Made by a program: the position numbers and the translations under genes. From the NCBI GenBank assembly GCA_951406725.2, contig OX597823.1, positions 41,850,001 to 41,914,000 of the forward strand: DNA of 64,000 nt. The letters run 5' to 3'. The notes beneath the pieces were generated by a model. That model searched no databases. It was not told the DNA's origin and was given only the letters and a program-made list of their open reading frames with translations. Shown piece by piece: positions 14,630-27,359 of the stretch (within the stretch, counting starts at the first letter, position 1; every line of letters begins with the position of its first letter). The stretch is from Octopus vulgaris. Lineage: Eukaryota.

Positions 14630-15300
14630 GTGTGTGTATAAGTTTGTGTATCTTTGTTTGTTCCCCTCAACATCGCTTGACAGCCGATGCTGGTGTGTTT
14701 ACGTCTCCGTAACTTAGCGGTTCGGCAAAACAGACCAATAGAATAAGTACTAGGCTTACAAAGAATAAGTCCTGATGTCGATTTGCTCGACTAAAGGCAG
14801 TGCTCCAGCATGGCCACAGTCAAATGACTGAAACAAGTAAAAGAGTAAAAGAGTAAAGAGTATACCACCTCATATCTTTCCACAGGGTTTTAGAATTAAT
14901 GCTACTGGATATGTTGAGGTGCTGGAAACAGTTGGTAAGCTCTAGGTGAATGAAGTATGCCGAGGAATGCCATACATGTTTCAACAAGACTGAGTATCAC
15001 TTCACAAATTCCATGTAACTCATTATTGAATATCAAACAATCTTTGCAATCATATAGCACCAAACTTCTGGCCTTTAAACATTCCAGATTAAAACACTAT
15101 GGGTTACTACGTTTGAAGTGTTGTTGAAAGAGAGCTAAATGGATGTCCTCACAATACCATAACTTCATTGAAGGCCAACATTGTCCAGGTAATGTCCAAA
15201 ATGCCAATGATTTTAGTCCTGCATTGAGGCAGTCTTTGAAGCTGAAGATGCATTCACAGAATAATGTTATATGGAAGCTTATCAAGAATATGTGGGAAAA
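13860..15300 (+). pseudogene. Tc1/mariner-superfamily transposase relic, DD37D (maT-like), interrupted by a SINE
   Basis: FFSDEKIFDQD..RNDRWL..PATVMVFGVMSNE [SINE] IPPHIFPQGFRINA..YMFQQD..NFWPLNIPD*NTMGYYV*SVVERE. The second D codon (14988) and the expected third D position (15102, now GGT) are 114 nt apart, i.e. 37 intervening residues. Many stops. Confidence 0.85.
14445..14860 (+). mobile_element. SINE family A copy inserted in the transposase relic
   Basis: Close to the other full-length copies; tail GTAAAAGAGTAAAAGAGTAAAGAG. Transposase sequence resumes at ~14862. Confidence 0.92.
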
Positions 15301-15706
15301 TTCTTATTAAAATACATTTACTTCTTGATAGATTAAAGTTGCTTAAATAGATGTCCAGCTATATCTTCAAACACCTCTCACCCCACTAATTTTCATTCTT
15401 TTGTTGTCTTACCATTTCTATCAATATATATATATATATATATATAATATACAGACAAATTAAATGTAACAAATAATAAAGCAGCAAAAGTCAAATTTAG
15501 AAACTTTGAGAGACTTAAAATAATTTGTTTTTTTAATGGTGGAACTCAAAGTAGAAAAAGCTATAAATGACAGCATTTAAAAAAAGGTTGAAAGGCTGTT
15601 CCTATCAAAAGGGGTTTATAACCCAATATTTACATGCTGTTTTTTCATAGTTTTGTCTACTTAAAGAGCTACAATATAAAAAAAAATTCATATGTATGCG
15701 TGTGTG

Positions 15707-15807
<101 letters not shown>

Positions 15808-16449
15808 ATGTGTGCATGTCTATATATAATGCATAATCTACAGATATGTATGTGTGCATCTCTGAATGCTTACATTGTGTGTTTTACATAAAGTACTGCA
15901 TAGTAAATGGTGTCATTTGTTGACATTCTTTGTCAACAAATCTTCTGTTTGCTCTGTACTTTCGAAAATGAATGCAATAAAAAGGGGGGAAAAAAATTCT
16001 AACTGTAAAAACATGTTTGACTCAGAAACAGGAAGTACATCTTGTTGTAAAATAATGCCTTAATATCATGCATTTCTCTACCACATACCAGCATGGAACA
16101 ACAGACATAAACAAAATACAAACAAATGATAGACCAAAATACATATGGGAAGGAGGAAAATATAAAGATGCAACATCAAGGTCCTCCATAGAATCAATAG
16201 CACCATATTTGAAACAGTTCTAGCAGGGAATCAAATTCACAAAATTATCTTCGTGCAAGTAACTATTTTTCTCACGAAACAAATATATATATATGTATAC
16301 ACACACAGAGCATACCCATGTCATCAAAATGCCAACAGTTCTGTTAATGATAGAAAATGGTGCATCACAAAAATGGAGCAAATCAGTGATGTATGTCAGC
16401 AATCAAATACTTATATGTACACGTACAGAACTGAAGCATTTGAATGGAT

Positions 16450-16494
<45 letters not shown>

Positions 16495-16512
16495 CATATA
16501 TGTATATATATA

Positions 16513-16572
<60 letters not shown>

Positions 16573-16574
<2 letters not shown>

Positions 16575-16762
16575 CTTTATTTAAAGCAGCAGAAAATTCA
16601 ACAAAACCTGTTACTCTGAGCTTCCCGTTTCCGGCAACGGGAAACTCAGAGCAACAGGTTTTGTTGAATTTTCTGCTGCTTTAAATGAAGCATATTACTC
16701 TACCACTGATATTTGAGTACTCTTTTTTCCACCTTGTTTCACATTTATGTGTTTACTCCGGT
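16573..16762. mobile_element. Palindromic PLE pLTR-like element (family P) in (TA)n
   Basis: ~57-bp inverted arms (16575-16690) centred near 16631, followed by a unique tail shared with 30622-30692 and 36530-36604. Confidence 0.85.
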
Positions 16763-16789
16763 ATATATATGTATGTATATATATATGTT

Positions 16790-17180
16790 ATATTTTATTT
16801 GTCTCAGTCATTAGACTGTGGTCATGCTGGTGCACAGCCTTGAAGTTTGTAGCTGAGCAAATCAACCTAGTAATTAATTTTTTAGCCTGATACTTATTCT
16901 AGCTGTTTTGTTTTGTGAAACTGATTATTTACTGAGATGTAAAGAAATCAACACCAGTTGTGAAGCAGTTGTGGTGGACAATCACTGATAGAAATACACA
17001 CACACAGATATATATATATATATATATAAAACAAGCTTTTTTTCACTTTCCGTTTACCAAATCCACTCACAAGGCTTTGATTGCCTCAGAGCTATAGTAG
17101 ACAACACTTACATAAGGTGTCACACGGTGGAACTGAATGCAAAACCATGTGGTAGGGAAGCAAGCTTATCATGCAGCCAT
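16790..17180 (-). mobile_element. SINE family A copy, degraded
   Basis: TTTCCGTTTACCAAATCCACTCACAAGGCTTTG and other family A blocks on the reverse strand. Confidence 0.85.
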
Positions 17181-17399
17181 ACATGCACATACACACACAG
17201 ATGTAAATACACACACTCATACATATGCATATTTATATATGCATATTTATATATGCATATTTATATATGCATATCTACCCATGTGCATACAAGTATCTCT
17301 ATGTGTGTGAATGTGTTAGCCATTATACAGAAAAAGGAAGAAGGGTTAGTTTCAGAAAGAGCAAGTTTGAAAGAATGGACTAAAACTAAGGAAATAAAA

Positions 17400-18035
17400 A
17401 CAGAAAGAATATATAATATTTATATGCAGAGGACATGGAATAGAATGGAAATGAATGAAGCTGGTATGCTCTGCTGGATGAGAAATGTGAGTGTGCATGT
17501 GTGACAGAGCATTGGTGTACTGAGAGAGAAGTGGGACATAAGACGAATTATGTGCAGTGTGCAAAGGAGGAAGGAAACTGCACTGGTTTGGTCATGTGAT
17601 GTAGGTAGATGTGGAAAGCTGCATAAAAAATTGTTGATCACTTAAAATGGAGGGAAGTTGTGGAAGATTGTGACCCAGGAAGATATGGGACAAAGTCCTG
17701 AAGGCTGATATCAGAGTGCTGAATCTTGTGAAGGAGATGACGGAGGACCAAGATATGTGGTGCATTACTGTACTTGAGAAAACCTGCCCACTACAACAGA
17801 ACTGAGATCCTGAACCCAAGGTGCCATGTAAAAAGCATTGGGGTGGGTGTTGGTGCCACATAAAATGCACCCAGCACACTCTGTGGAGCAGTTGTCATTG
17901 GGAAGGGCATCCGGCTGTAGAAACCATACCAAAGTAGACTATGGAACCAAGTGCAGTCCCTGGCCTTACCAGTTTCTATCAAACCATCTAGGCCATGCCA
18001 GCATAGAAAATAGACATTAACCAATGATGATTATG
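17400..18035 (+). pseudogene. 3' end of an RTE-clade LINE (ORF C-terminus plus 3' UTR)
   Basis: Broken translation EMNEAGMLCWMRNVSV..LREK.DIR..LHWFGHVM..EGSCGR.*PRKIW..EMTEDQDMW matches the RTE motifs MLRW, RLRWFGHV.R and GRGRPRKTW. Followed by the family D tail. Confidence 0.85.
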
Positions 18036-19372
18036 ATTAGCATGTTATTTTGAAAACAAAGGAGATTAAGATTTAACTTCATAAATATTTTTTTGTGTGT
18101 ATGTGTGTGTGATTTGATAAAATGGATATAATTCACGATAAAAATTTAGTTTCATTTTGATAAAAAAAAACGATGACTTCAGAGCAAAATATCTCATTAC
18201 AGTTCACCTGCATTTAGCATCACTGACTTTCGCTCACTCCCACTCTGCTTGTTATTTTAGTTTCTTTCATTTCAACTACAAAATGCAAATATAACAACTT
18301 GGTTGGAATGTTAATATATTAAGAAATGCTATGCGACAAATGCAAAAATATAAGCAGAACAACTCCAGCTCTTGTTGATTGATTTATAGAAAGTATAAAT
18401 CTTATAAATTGGATCAAATTCAACAGCTTCAAACACTAAAATGTTACAAAAAAGTATACAAAAATATTTATTGTATAATACACACACACTCACTAAACTC
18501 ATATGTTTTCGATTGAAAGGTACACATTTCTGGGTATATATACATATATATACATACCCACACACATATTTACACATGCATAGAAACATATATATATGTG
18601 GTCTGATCAAAATATATTGGTACAGACGCTATGGTAATGGAGCTAAATTATGCAGAGTTAAACCACTTTGCACAAATTGACCTTGAACTCAGTCAAGCAT
18701 GCACACTAACTTCTAATATTCTTGTTCACGTCTATTTATTGCAGTGCTGGGAAGTAAAGTGTGTAGAGTATGGTCATCTCACTACACCACAGAGGTCACA
18801 TCAGTGACCAATGGCAGAGAAAAATATGTGTGTGTGAGAACATGTTGAAAGATTGGCTTGAAGGTTATTATAGTCAAGAATTTTGCCAAAAATCTAATAC
18901 CACTTGAAAGGAGCAAGATCTTAAGATGTCAAGGATATCCAAAAGAATGCAACAAAGCAGCTACTTGCTATCCAAAAAAAGGAGTTCCAGGAATGCTTCC
19001 ATCAATGGAAATGGTGTAGAATAAAGTGTGTGGCTTTAGAAGGAGACTACAACGAAGGAGGTTAAATGCAGAATTGATATGCATTGTAGTTTTGTTTTTA
19101 TAACACTAGTCACAATACTTTTTGATCAGACCTCTCATATATACATACATATATACATACATATATGCATACATACATACATACATACATACACACATAC
19201 ACATGCACACACATATATCCATATCATTTAATCTCTGTTGTCCAAGCTAGCATGGGTTACACACTTATATACACACAAACATATATATATATATATATAT
19301 ATGTACATGTGCATATATGTATATATGAAGTATGTACATATGCATATGCACATATATGTATATGTGTATATA

Positions 19373-19421
<49 letters not shown>

Positions 19422-19429
19422 ATATGTGA

Positions 19430-19632
19430 CTGCGTGTGTACTGTTGGTAATTTTGTTTCCTCTGTCTTCCCTTCTCTGGATCTTTCCTTCTCCTATGTTT
19501 CCGACGAAGAGCTCCACTCGAAACATTAAACCCTCCTTCTTTCCTTCTTTCCTGAGCGTCCAATAATACTATATTTGTTCCACGTCCTCGCATTGCTGTG
19601 TTTTTTTGTGCTTTCTTGTTTGGATTAACTTT
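19430..19632 (+). mobile_element. PLE pLTR-like ~200-bp element in (TA)n with a hammerhead-like motif at 19497-19531
   Basis: GTTT-CCGACGA-AGAGC-TCC-ACTC-GAAA-CATT-AAAC: stem I GTTT/AAAC, stem II GAG/CTC, GAAA box. Confidence 0.65.
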
Positions 19633-20056
19633 ATGTACATGTATATGTATATACATATATATATATATATGTATGTATATATATACATACATATATATTC
19701 ACACACACTAATATACACATATTTAACATATGCATTTATTTAGATATATGTATATATATGCGTATGCATACACATGTGTGTCTGCATATGTGTGTGTGTA
19801 TATGTATATATATGTATATATACATGCACATATATTCATATGCAAATGCATACACATATATACATACACACGTATTTATATATACATGCATATATATACA
19901 TAGACAAATATATACATATACACACACACATGCACACATACACTCTCACACACACACACATATATATATACATATTTTTTTATATATATGTATGTGTATA
20001 CATATACACAGCCCACATAATATATATATGTACACATATATACACCCCACATAATG

Positions 20057-20087
<31 letters not shown>

Positions 20088-20649
20088 ATATATGTATATT
20101 TGGATATTATATTAGTGAAATTTAATCAATCAGTGCGTTGTAACATCTAAGAGATTTCTCCCGTCGTTTCTCACAGAAGCTGCATCTTTACTTCAATAAA
20201 GTGAAAACTTAAAAAAACACACCAACATGGATGACTAATCAAATGAAAATGTCAATGAAACCTCTTAATCTGTGTTCAAAGAAACAATAAACACTTTGCT
20301 CTTCTTGGAACAAACATAATTCATCTTAAAGAAGAAAAAATATAAGAAGGATTAATTGCCAAACAAGGGAACTAGAGAAATATATAAACAGGCTGAGTGA
20401 GGCGGGTGGTAGGAATGATGGGGATGAAGAAGGTGATGGTGGTGGTGGTAGTGGTGTCGGTGGCAGTGATTATGATTATGGTGGAGGTGGTGATGATGAT
20501 GTTAGTTGTGGTAAGAATGGTGATAGTTATAATGATGGTTGTGGGTATAATTATGATGGTAGTGGTGGTGATGTTGATGAGAGTAATGTTTGCTATGATG
20601 ATGATGAGAACCATGATGGCAACAATGACCCTGATTATTACAATTATTA

Positions 20650-20710
<61 letters not shown>

Positions 20711-20776
20711 CATCACTATTATTGTTGTTGTTGTTGTTAGTGTTGTTATTATTATTATTATTATTATTAATATTTA

Positions 20777-22119
20777 AGGTGGTGAGCTGGCAAAATGCTT
20801 AGTGGTATTTTGTCTGCCCCTACACTCTGAGTTCAAATTCCGCTGAAGTCAACTTTGCCTTTCATCCTTTTGGGGTCAATTAAATAAATACTAGTTCCAT
20901 ATTGGGGTCGATTACATCAATTTAATCTCCTCTCCTAAGCTGCTCTTGTGGCAAAAATTTGAAATTGTTATTATTATTATTATTCTATGTTTGACTTTTG
21001 CTTTATGTCTGTGCAAGTTGGCTCCAAGTCTCACCCAGAGACCTCAAGAGACAACAGGTTGGAAGTTCACGTTGTTGTTATGCCTAGTGTGCCATATATA
21101 TTTTTTTTTGTGGTGTTGTTCTAGTGAATGTCTAATACATAAAAAAAAAAGTTTGTTTTATACCTTGGAATTACATAGAGAGTATTTTGCGTAGGATATG
21201 AGCAGTTCCCATGAGCCACTGAACTGGCAGAATGGTTAGTACTCCAGGCAAGATGCTTAGCAGCATTTCGCCCATCATTACATTCTGAGTTCAAATTCTA
21301 CTGAGGTTGACTTTGCATTTCATCCTTTCGGGTTTGATAAAAGAAGTACCACTCAAGTACTGGGGTCAATCTAATCAACTAGCCCCACTCTCCCAAATTT
21401 CAGGCCTTGTGCCTACAATAGAAAGGATTATTGTTATTATTATTATTATTATTATTAAGGCATTGAGCTGGCAGAATAGTTAGCACATCAAGCAAGATAA
21501 CTAGCAGCATTTTGTCTGTTCTAAGTTCAAATTCCACTGAAGTTGATTTTGCAAATTTGTCCTTTTGGAGTTAATAAAATAAGTGCCAGTTGAGCCAAAA
21601 TTTGAAAGTATTATTATTAAGATTGTGAGCAGGCAGAATTGTTAGTGTGCTGGACAAAATGTTTAATGGCATTTCTTCAGTCTTAATGGCCTGAGCTCAA
21701 TTACTGCAGAGGTTGACTTGGCCTTTATTCTTTTGGGGTCAATAAAATAAGTACCAGTTCAGCAGCATTGAGGTGTGATCTTGCTGGCCTTGTGCCAAAA
21801 TTTGAAACTTTAATCCTTTTCGGGTCAGTAATTACATACTACTGGGGTCAGTGTAATTGGCTATTCCCCTCCCACAAAACTTCAAGCTCTCTGCCTTTAA
21901 TAGAAATCGAGCTGGCAAAATCATTAGCAAGCTGGATGAAATACTTTGTGATATTTCACCTGTCGCTATGTTCTGAGTTCAAATTCCACTGAGGTCAACT
22001 TTGCCTTTCATCATTTCGGGGGTCGATGAAATAAGTAGCAGTGGAGTACTGAGGTCGATGTGATCGACTTAACCTCTCTCCCCAAATTTCAGGGCTTGTG
22101 CTTATAGTGGAAAGAATTC

Positions 22120-22175
<56 letters not shown>

Positions 22176-22330
22176 GTTATTATTATTTGTACCAGAAAAA
22201 TACTGAGCAACATTTTGTCCATCTATATGTTGTGAGTTTAAATTTTACCTTGATTGGCCTTACCTTTCATCCTTTTGTGGTCAATAAAATAAGTACCACC
22301 AGTTAAGCAATGAAGTTGATGTGCCTATAG
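20777..22330 (+). mobile_element. Head-to-tail cluster of about 6-7 SINE family B copies separated by (TTA)n
   Basis: GAGCTGGCA(G/A)AA head and GAGTTCAAATT B-box recur at ~20784, 21220, 21466, 21627, 21910 and a headless copy near 22200. Confidence 0.85.
20983..21217 (-). mobile_element. 3' terminus of an R4/Dong-clade LINE
   Basis: Minus strand reads LMGTAHILRKILSM* (stop at 21171-21173), the C-terminus typical of R4/Dong endonuclease domains, then a ~190-nt 3' UTR ending ...CAAACATAG(AAT)n. Confidence 0.8.
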
Positions 22331-22342
22331 TGAAAAATATTA

Positions 22343-22379
<37 letters not shown>

Positions 22380-23344
22380 CATTATTATTATTATTGTTAT
22401 TATTATATTATTATTAGTATTATTATTATTATTGTTATTCAAGATCAGCTGCTTAAAAATAGTAGATATGCAAGATGCAATATATTGAAATTAATATTGA
22501 TGATAAAGATTTATTATATAATCATTTCTTTGTTTTACTCATAGGTATGATTTATAAAGGATTTAAGCAAAATACTTCAGCATTCCTCTTAATAATGTGA
22601 ATTATGCTTTTTATTTACTTTATGGGCAATAAGGGATTATGAGAGATAATAATAATAATAAGAAGAAGAATATAAATAAAAATAATAGAAATAGAAATAA
22701 TAATATTAATAATAATAGGAAGAGGAAGGGCAACAAAAACAGCAACAGCAACAATATGGGATTAAATAGAATATATGAGAAACAAATCATTTGATTAAAT
22801 GGAAAATAAGGAATGAAATGATAATGATAATATTCTGTGATTAATTTTTTGATTTTTTTTCCATTTTAAGAAATAATGTGCAATATGTGGTAGGAGGAAA
22901 GATCTGTGTGTGTACTGGTGGGTTATACATGTATGGATTCTTTTTGTATTTAATCAGCAGAAGTTACGAAGTGACTCAAAGGCCTACAGTTTTGATTTAC
23001 ACACGGACAAAAACATTCATACACGCAGTCGTCTAAGAATCCATAAGTCAGAGATATAAAATGCACTTTATTGACAAATACACATATTTGTCAATAGAGT
23101 GGGTATATTTATCAATTCATACACTATCACAGATTCATTTGATAACCAGATGTGAGATAAGATGGTTAACTAACAACACAATCTCTCCAGAAATGATAGG
23201 TATATTCTTCCATCTCAGAGGAGTGCATGGTGTTTCTTAATCAACCTTTTATCTAATATCCAGTGTGAAACCTTTTGATATGCTCAGCTGAAATGAATCT
23301 ATAATACTATATACTTTGACTTAGATATGTGTGTATGTATTTAG

Positions 23345-23830
23345 TCTCTTTTATCATACTGCTAAGTTATGGGGATGTAAACAACCTAATACCAGTAGCC
23401 AAGTGGGGGACACAAATATAAAGATATAGATGTACACACAAATGTGTGTGTGTGTGTGTGTATCCTCCCATTCTCCCACCAGTTTCAGTAATTTGACTAC
23501 AGCCATGCTGGAACAATACCTTAAAGGATTTTTAGTCAAAGAAATTAACCCAGGACTTGTTCTTTGTAAGCCTAGTACTTAGATTATCAAACTCTTTTGC
23601 TCAACCACTAAGTTATGGGGGCATAAACACACCATCATCGGTTGTCAAACAATTGTGGGAGGGGGGATAAACATAAACATAGACACAAAGACACATACAT
23701 ATAAATATATATACATGCATATATATATAGGCTATATTAAAATACAGTTGCCCAAGGTGCCATGCTGTGAGACTGAACGTGGAACCATGTGGTTGGGAAG
23801 CAAGCTTCTTATCACACAGCCATGCCTGGG
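23345..23830 (-). mobile_element. SINE family A copies (one near full, one partial)
   Basis: TTGCCCAAGGTGCCATGC...GAACCATGTGGTTGGGAAGCAAGCTTCTTATCACACAGCC. Confidence 0.85.
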
Positions 23831-25160
23831 CTTCCACTCTATCTCTGGTTACCGACTTCATTCTCTTAGCTTTGGTTAGCTAACAGCTGTTGTAGAGAGC
23901 ATTTGCTCAAGATGCTGCACAGTGAAAATGAGTTTGAAACCTGATGGCTGCAGGGAGTGCTTGTTAACCAAACACTCATCTCTGCGTCTATTTATATACG
24001 TCATATTTAATATTTCAGAAATTGGAAAACCACAATTTAAACAATATGCAAGTTGAGAAATTTTATTGAAATAATGTACGTGTGGGTGTATGTACAAGAA
24101 TGTATGTATGTATGTATGATATATACACAGATACACACACATATGTATGTGCATGTGTCTGTGTGTGTGCGTGTGTGTGTGTGCATGTGTGTATGTATAT
24201 ATTTATGTATATATATACATATATATATATACATATTCACATATACCTAAATATGTAGCATACACATAAACACACATTCCTACATGTATATGTGTGTATG
24301 TATGTATATATATATATATATGTATATATACATACAAACACATGTATATATACACATACATATATAAATATTCGCACATTCATATACATAAATTTCACTA
24401 TATTTCAATAAATGTTTTAAACGCTTCAATATATTTTACTAATATAATTTTCACCTAATATTATTCTAAGTAACTCACGACATGCTGAACAAGATATATT
24501 CTCACCTTGGCTACTGCTTGAACTTTCCAGAATCATTACAGGAAGTTAAAAGAATTCAGACAACAATTCTGATAGTTCCAAACTGCATATCAGTAGGATA
24601 TCCATGCTATTCTGCTGAGAATCTTACATACATTTCCTACGTTTCACTCACACAGCAAGACATTACAATATTACATTATAGCAATTTATTTTAGAATAGC
24701 AAACGTCTTGGAATGGCATGTATATTTTGTATGTGTGTGTGTGTGTCTGTGTGTATGGACAGATGGATTTTCATTAGTTTCTTCAATGGAGATTCAGTTG
24801 TTCAACCAACTGAGTTACCTATTCATATATTCAATGTGTAGATGGCTGGGTATTCCACAAATGTATTTACTTTTAATGGAATACTCAGACAGAATGAACA
24901 TAATACAGTGTGTGCTAAGGGTGATTATAAGACAAGGATTATAAGTATAATCACCCCTAGATTCATTCACAATGTAAGGCTCGATCAAAGGTTGCAAAAC
25001 ATTAAATTTAACCAACATGTCAGGCTATTGGATTGAGCTTGTAACCTCTTGGTTTGAAGCAAACTTCTTAAGCCTTCAACCCATATTGTGCCTTATCTAT
25101 CTATCTAACTATCTATCTGTCATGAATAGCAAAGAGACACATGTTATGCCTTTATACACT

Positions 25161-25200
<40 letters not shown>

Positions 25201-25203
25201 CAT

Positions 25204-25244
<41 letters not shown>

Positions 25245-26521
25245 TGTATGTATATATACACACATGAGTTAAGGAATGGAGTAGATAAGATCCGGGTTAC
25301 ATATATTTCATAGCAAGTGGAACCTCAGAAATACATATCCAAGTGAGGTTTATACCGCAGGCTATATATATGTGTGTGTGTGTATACACAGATATATATA
25401 TAGTAGAATAAGTTACTTCAGGATATAGTTTTACTTAATTCTATAAGTCGACAAATTTCCATATGGTTTAACAATGTTTTGTATAAATTTCATATACCAT
25501 TTTCATTTTTCACTTCTATAATTTCATAAACTTCTGTTATTTCTTGAATTTAAACAAGTTTAAAATTAGTGTAATATGTAAATTTTCTAGCCTTTTAAAA
25601 TTTTTATTTTCTTCAGTATACTATAGTATAGCGATAACAATAAACTACTTTGACTATTGTTATGAGATGTTTTTTTTTTAATATCTTCATTCATTTTAGT
25701 CATTATATAATAATTTTCTGATCTATCAAATTCACTAAAGTTTACTACATTTTCATTCACATTTTTGTTATGCTTCAATGACTTTCCCTCCTTTTCTTTT
25801 TCTTTCTCTCTCTTTCTTTTCTCTCTCTGTTTCTTCCTCTCTCACTCTCTGTTGATCAGTTCTGGTATGTTCAAATTGAATGTAATACACATTTTGATTT
25901 GAATCATTTCTTAGCTACAAAACTACACTTTGAAACATATATAAATTCTCGTCTATGTAACTCTACTTAATGTGGTCAGGATTAAGAATATACATACATA
26001 CTTACATACATACATGCACACATACATACATATATACATACATACATACAAACCACCACCATCATCAGCATCATAATCATCTTCATCACCATTTTAACCA
26101 TATGAAAACAAACATTGAAGCACGGTGTAGTCATTCAACTCAGAATTTTGTTGAAGTCTCCAACCCATGCCAGTGTGGGATGTGGTCCTTGAATGATGAT
26201 GTTGATGCTGTGTGTGTACTTGTGTTCCTTTGTTTTAAAACCATGTAGTATTTGTAAATATGCCTCACTCTCATTTGTTTTCAATCTTCTATAAAAATGA
26301 GTCTAGTTATAGGGAAATATCTTGTATGGAAATAGTTGAAGGTTTGCAACAGGAAGAGCATCTAACTGGAATGTGTGTCTGGATGTACATATGTATGTAA
26401 TTTTCAATACTAATAATGTCTTTCTTTACTTGACTTATTATTGCTTCTGTCCCGTATTTGCCCATTTTCTAACAAATTGTAGAGCACTAGTGCCCTGATG
26501 ACAGTTAGCTCATCATCATCA

Positions 26522-26573
<52 letters not shown>

Positions 26574-26587
26574 TAATATTATTATTA

Positions 26588-26860
26588 TTCTGCCGTTGTC
26601 AACTTTGTCTTTCAATTACCAGAAGGTAAATAATCCTTCGAACAGATGGTCAGCAGTGATGCCTGCTGGGTTTGGCTACTCTGCATTGATAAAGGGCAAA
26701 TACCCTGAAACATGTCTGCAGATGCCTGACCAGCAAGGGGAAGCGGCTGACCTCCCCTGTTTGAAGGTTATAATGGACACAGCTTTGTGTTTCATATAGC
26801 TAGCTAGAAGTGATGGCCTCTTGGAGCTAATAAATGGTAGCTTTAGTCTTATATTTATGG
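26588..26860 (+). mobile_element. Short element with a degenerate minimal hammerhead motif at 26680-26722
   Basis: TCTGCA-TTGATAA-AGGG(CAAATA)CCCT-GAAA-CATGTC-TGCAGA: perfect 6-bp stem I, 4-bp stem II, palindromic ACATGT at stem III, GUC triplet. Confidence 0.6.
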
Positions 26861-27167
26861 ACTGCCATATTAGCTTGGCGATAACTGTTAATTTCCAGTA
26901 CCGCTGCCATAGTCGCCTTTAGAGAGACTTAGAAATTTTAAGATTTATATATATATATATACTATATTATGTGTTTCAGCCCTAAGGCTGTGGCCATGCA
27001 GGGGCACTGCCAGTGTAATCACCATTTAATTGGCCAATTCTATGTGACTAGCAGTGTCAAACTCCCTTTTTTAAAACATCCAGTCATACATACATACAAA
27101 CCACCACCATCATCATCATCATCACCATTTTAACCATATGAAAACAGACACTGAAGCATAGTGTAGT

Positions 27168-27306
27168 TATCCCTGTTTATTTTTGCGTTCCTTTTTGTTG
27201 AAGAACATAGGCTCGAAACGTAAAAGACTTTCACACTTCCCGAGCATTAAATTATCTGTTTGTTGTTTACTCACCAATCTTGGTCTTTTGTCTTTTTTGT
27301 AAATTC

Positions 27307-27311
<5 letters not shown>
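27168..27311 (+). mobile_element. PLE pLTR-like element with a degenerate hammerhead motif at 27191-27226
   Basis: CTTT-TTGTTGA-AGAAC-ATAG-GCTC-GAAA-CGTA-AAAG: stem I CTTT/AAAG, GAAACGTA box, T-rich tail running into (TA)n. Confidence 0.5.

Positions 27312-27359
<48 letters not shown>

Noticed and set aside
20150-20240. Good-looking acceptor TTTCTCACAG
   Set aside because: All three frames close within ~35 nt and no convincing donor follows.
20372-20777. Hydrophobic Val/Met/Ile ORF resembling a membrane protein
   Set aside because: Degenerate (GTG/ATG/ATT)n trinucleotide repeat with no splice signals or domain pattern.
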